From contig JAIKWZ010000050.1 in the NCBI GenBank assembly GCA_024684375.1, forward strand, positions 30,396-94,395: DNA of 64,000 nt. Reading direction: 5' to 3'. The DNA is from Clostridiales bacterium. Its GTDB lineage: Bacteria > Bacillota > Clostridia > Christensenellales > Aristaeellaceae. This document shows, piece by piece, positions 63,301 to 64,000 of this stretch. Below the pieces are notes generated by a model. The model was not told the DNA's origin, did not search any database, and was given only the letters and a program-made list of their open reading frames with translations. Position numbers and translations under genes: made by a program. Within the stretch, counting starts at the first letter, position 1. Every line of letters begins with the position of its first letter.

Positions 63301-64000
63301 AAGGAGTATGGAAGACTTCGTGCATAAAGTCGTTGATGTAATTGGGTGTGATCCAGGTAGCGCCCAGGCGTATTTCAATATCTGATGCTTCCAGATCCTT
63401 AGGTTGTACTCTTTTGAGAAATTCTACGTTGATTCCATAAACGGAATCTGCTTCAGCAGCTTTTGTCGCCTGTCTGAGCTTTTCACGCACGTTGCCGGAA
63501 AGATAGCTGTCACCCGTTTCCCATATCCCTGAAACGGGGTTTTTGAAGATGACGCCGCGCAATTCCTCTGTAATTTCTTCCACATCTTTTCCGCAGAGGT
63601 CAGCCATATACTCCAAGTCCACTTCAGCTTTTTCACCCATAGATAAAGCCAGTGCTTCGCTGGCGGTTTCCACGGATAGTACAGGTTCGGCTTTTCGTAT
63701 GGTACGCTTGGTAAAAATGTCCGCTTTTCGTTCGAGCTTTCCGTCTTCATCCAGTATTTCCAGAGACGCCAGCAGACAATAGCTGCTGTCCTGTGAAAAC
63801 GCTCTGCGGTTGACTGCCGAAGAGATAAGCCCATACTTGGAAATGAACTCGTCATACTGTTCACTTAACCTTCTTTGGAGCGCTACAATCCGCTCATCCG
63901 TGCCATCCTCCAACTGTTCTTTCAACAGTAGCTGTGTAGTATTGCGCATATTGATCATGGCCATCACGCGCTCATGTGTGGTTTGCTGCAGCGATACGGG
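60380..64000 (-). CDS. SNF2/DEAD-like helicase C-terminal part of a giant polyvalent protein (N-terminus outside window)
   Basis: The frame stays open to nt 64000. Helicase motif I LLAHCVGAGKTF, motif II LFVDESHNYKN and motif VI QQEGRILRQGN. Long coiled-coil-like tail. Confidence 0.85.
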   Translation of the reverse strand, partial: PVSLQQTTHERVMAMINMRNTTQLLLKEQLEDGTDERIVALQRRLSEQYDEFISKYGLISSAVNRRAFSQDSSYCLLASLEILDEDGKLERKADIFTKRTIRKAEPVLSVETASEALALSMGEKAEVDLEYMADLCGKDVEEITEELRGVIFKNPVSGIWETGDSYLSGNVREKLRQATKAAEADSVYGINVEFLKRVQPKDLEASDIEIRLGATWITPNYINDFMHEVFHTPFYYLGRHISANYAEVSGAWFIQGKTLDHSNPTTEMTYGTSRVNAYRLLEDALNLKETKIYDIIHTLDGDIRELNKKETMLAQQKQEMIRSAFREWIFKDMNRRETLCQKYNEWFNSIRPREYDGSHIRFVGMTPEISLMPHQKNAVAHILYGGNTLLAHCVGAGKTFEMIAAGMESIRLGLSQKNLYVVPNHLTEQWGADFLRLYPGASILVATRKDFEPANRKRFCSRIATGSYDAIIIGHSQFEKIPLSRERQVATIQAQIDEITAAIEAVGSRRSENFTVKQMERTRKSLEVRLNRLNNQARKDDVVTFEELGVDKLFVDESHNYKNLFLYTKMQNVAGIQQTDAQKSSDMFMKCRYMDELTGGKGVVFATGTPISNSMVEMYTIMRYLQFDTLQNMGLGHFDAWAATFGDTVTAIELAPEGTGYRAKTRFARFFNLPELISVFKEAADVQTPDMLKLPVPKAEFINTVLKPSPEQTELVESFAERAEKVRSGSVDPRTDNMLKITNDGRKCALDQRLINPLMPDAETSKVNACVDNVYRIWNEGVSEKTTQLIFCDLSTPKSDGTFNVYSDVRDKLMARGIPAEEIAFIHDADTETKKAELFAKVRSGQVRVLLGSTPKLGAGTNIQDRLIALHHLDAPWKPSDLEQQEGRILRQGNMNPEVQIYRYVTEGTFDAYMWQLLENKQKFISQIMTSKSPVRACEDVDDTALSYAEIKALATGNPYIKEKMDLDVRVSKLKMLKAAHVSQQYRLESDIARTYPTQIAAMQQRMQNLSADIETAKPIMAQDKDHFVMTVSEKAYTERKDAGAALIKACTVTKGLNTEIPVGEYGAFQLMGSYNLLTSQYLVTLHGQGNYSVELGADPSGNITRINNALDALPKRLEEAMLKLENLQQQMENAKHEVGKPFPQEQELQEKTTRLGELNSLLNMDEHSSEAALLDDESSVSETEPDAPSQESTTTARKRACEEVL

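Larger units (their letters stand above)
54060..64000 (-). mobile_element. integrative (ICE/IME-like) element next to tRNA-Arg, continuing beyond the window; left boundary is 54060 or about 54370-54410
   Basis: Integrase next to a tRNA, excisionase-like HTH genes, ParB-like, YodL-like and SNF2 genes all on the minus strand. G+C drops to roughly 40-48% (hand counts) against about 60% in the flank. The right end is not in the window. Confidence 0.6.

Overview
This 64-kb window comes from a chromosome of roughly 60% G+C with Gram-positive-type features: GGAGG ribosome-binding sites, hprK, a ROK glucokinase and ftsH. A gut Clostridia/Oscillospiraceae-like anaerobe fits best, but that is inference only. 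All family assignments are by-eye motif recognition against remembered family patterns; nothing was searched. The window has three blocks. (1) 1-27.2 kb looks accessory and is unusually dense in GNAT N-acetyltransferase genes: 14 genes with 16 GNAT domains, including an AAC(6')-I-like gene and two double-GNAT fusions. These are interleaved with other small-molecule-modifying folds (MBL hydrolase, flavin reductase, SAM methyltransferases, NUDIX, GrpB, SGNH, VOC, a P-loop kinase-like protein, and an MFS exporter with an XRE regulator). (2) 27.3-53.9 kb is core metabolism and housekeeping. It holds a Gfo/Idh/MocA - TIM-barrel - ThuA cluster and a tandem glycine riboswitch driving gcvT-gcvH-gcvPA-gcvPB. 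A long minus-strand array follows: fucU, a degenerate P-type-ATPase-like membrane protein, an alkaline-phosphatase-family protein, gltX, glucokinase, DUF2284, hprK, Cof HAD, a transglutaminase-like protein, an orphan hypB, a 942-aa Fe-S flavoprotein, DUF368, ruvC and NUDIX. The block ends with ftsH-hisS. (3) 54.0-64.0 kb is a tRNA-Arg(CCT) locus in which the 5' 40 nt of the tRNA are duplicated 233 bp upstream of the intact gene. A lower-G+C integrative (ICE/IME-like) element follows, with a tyrosine integrase, a triple-HTH and a single-HTH excisionase-like protein, a ParB-like protein, YodL-like proteins and a large SNF2-helicase protein that runs off the window. I saw no rRNA, CRISPR array, transposase or recognisable defence system. 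The strongest candidates for something new are the split/duplicated tRNA attachment architecture with its repeat motifs, the GNAT-dense island, and the uncharacterised cargo genes of the integrative element.
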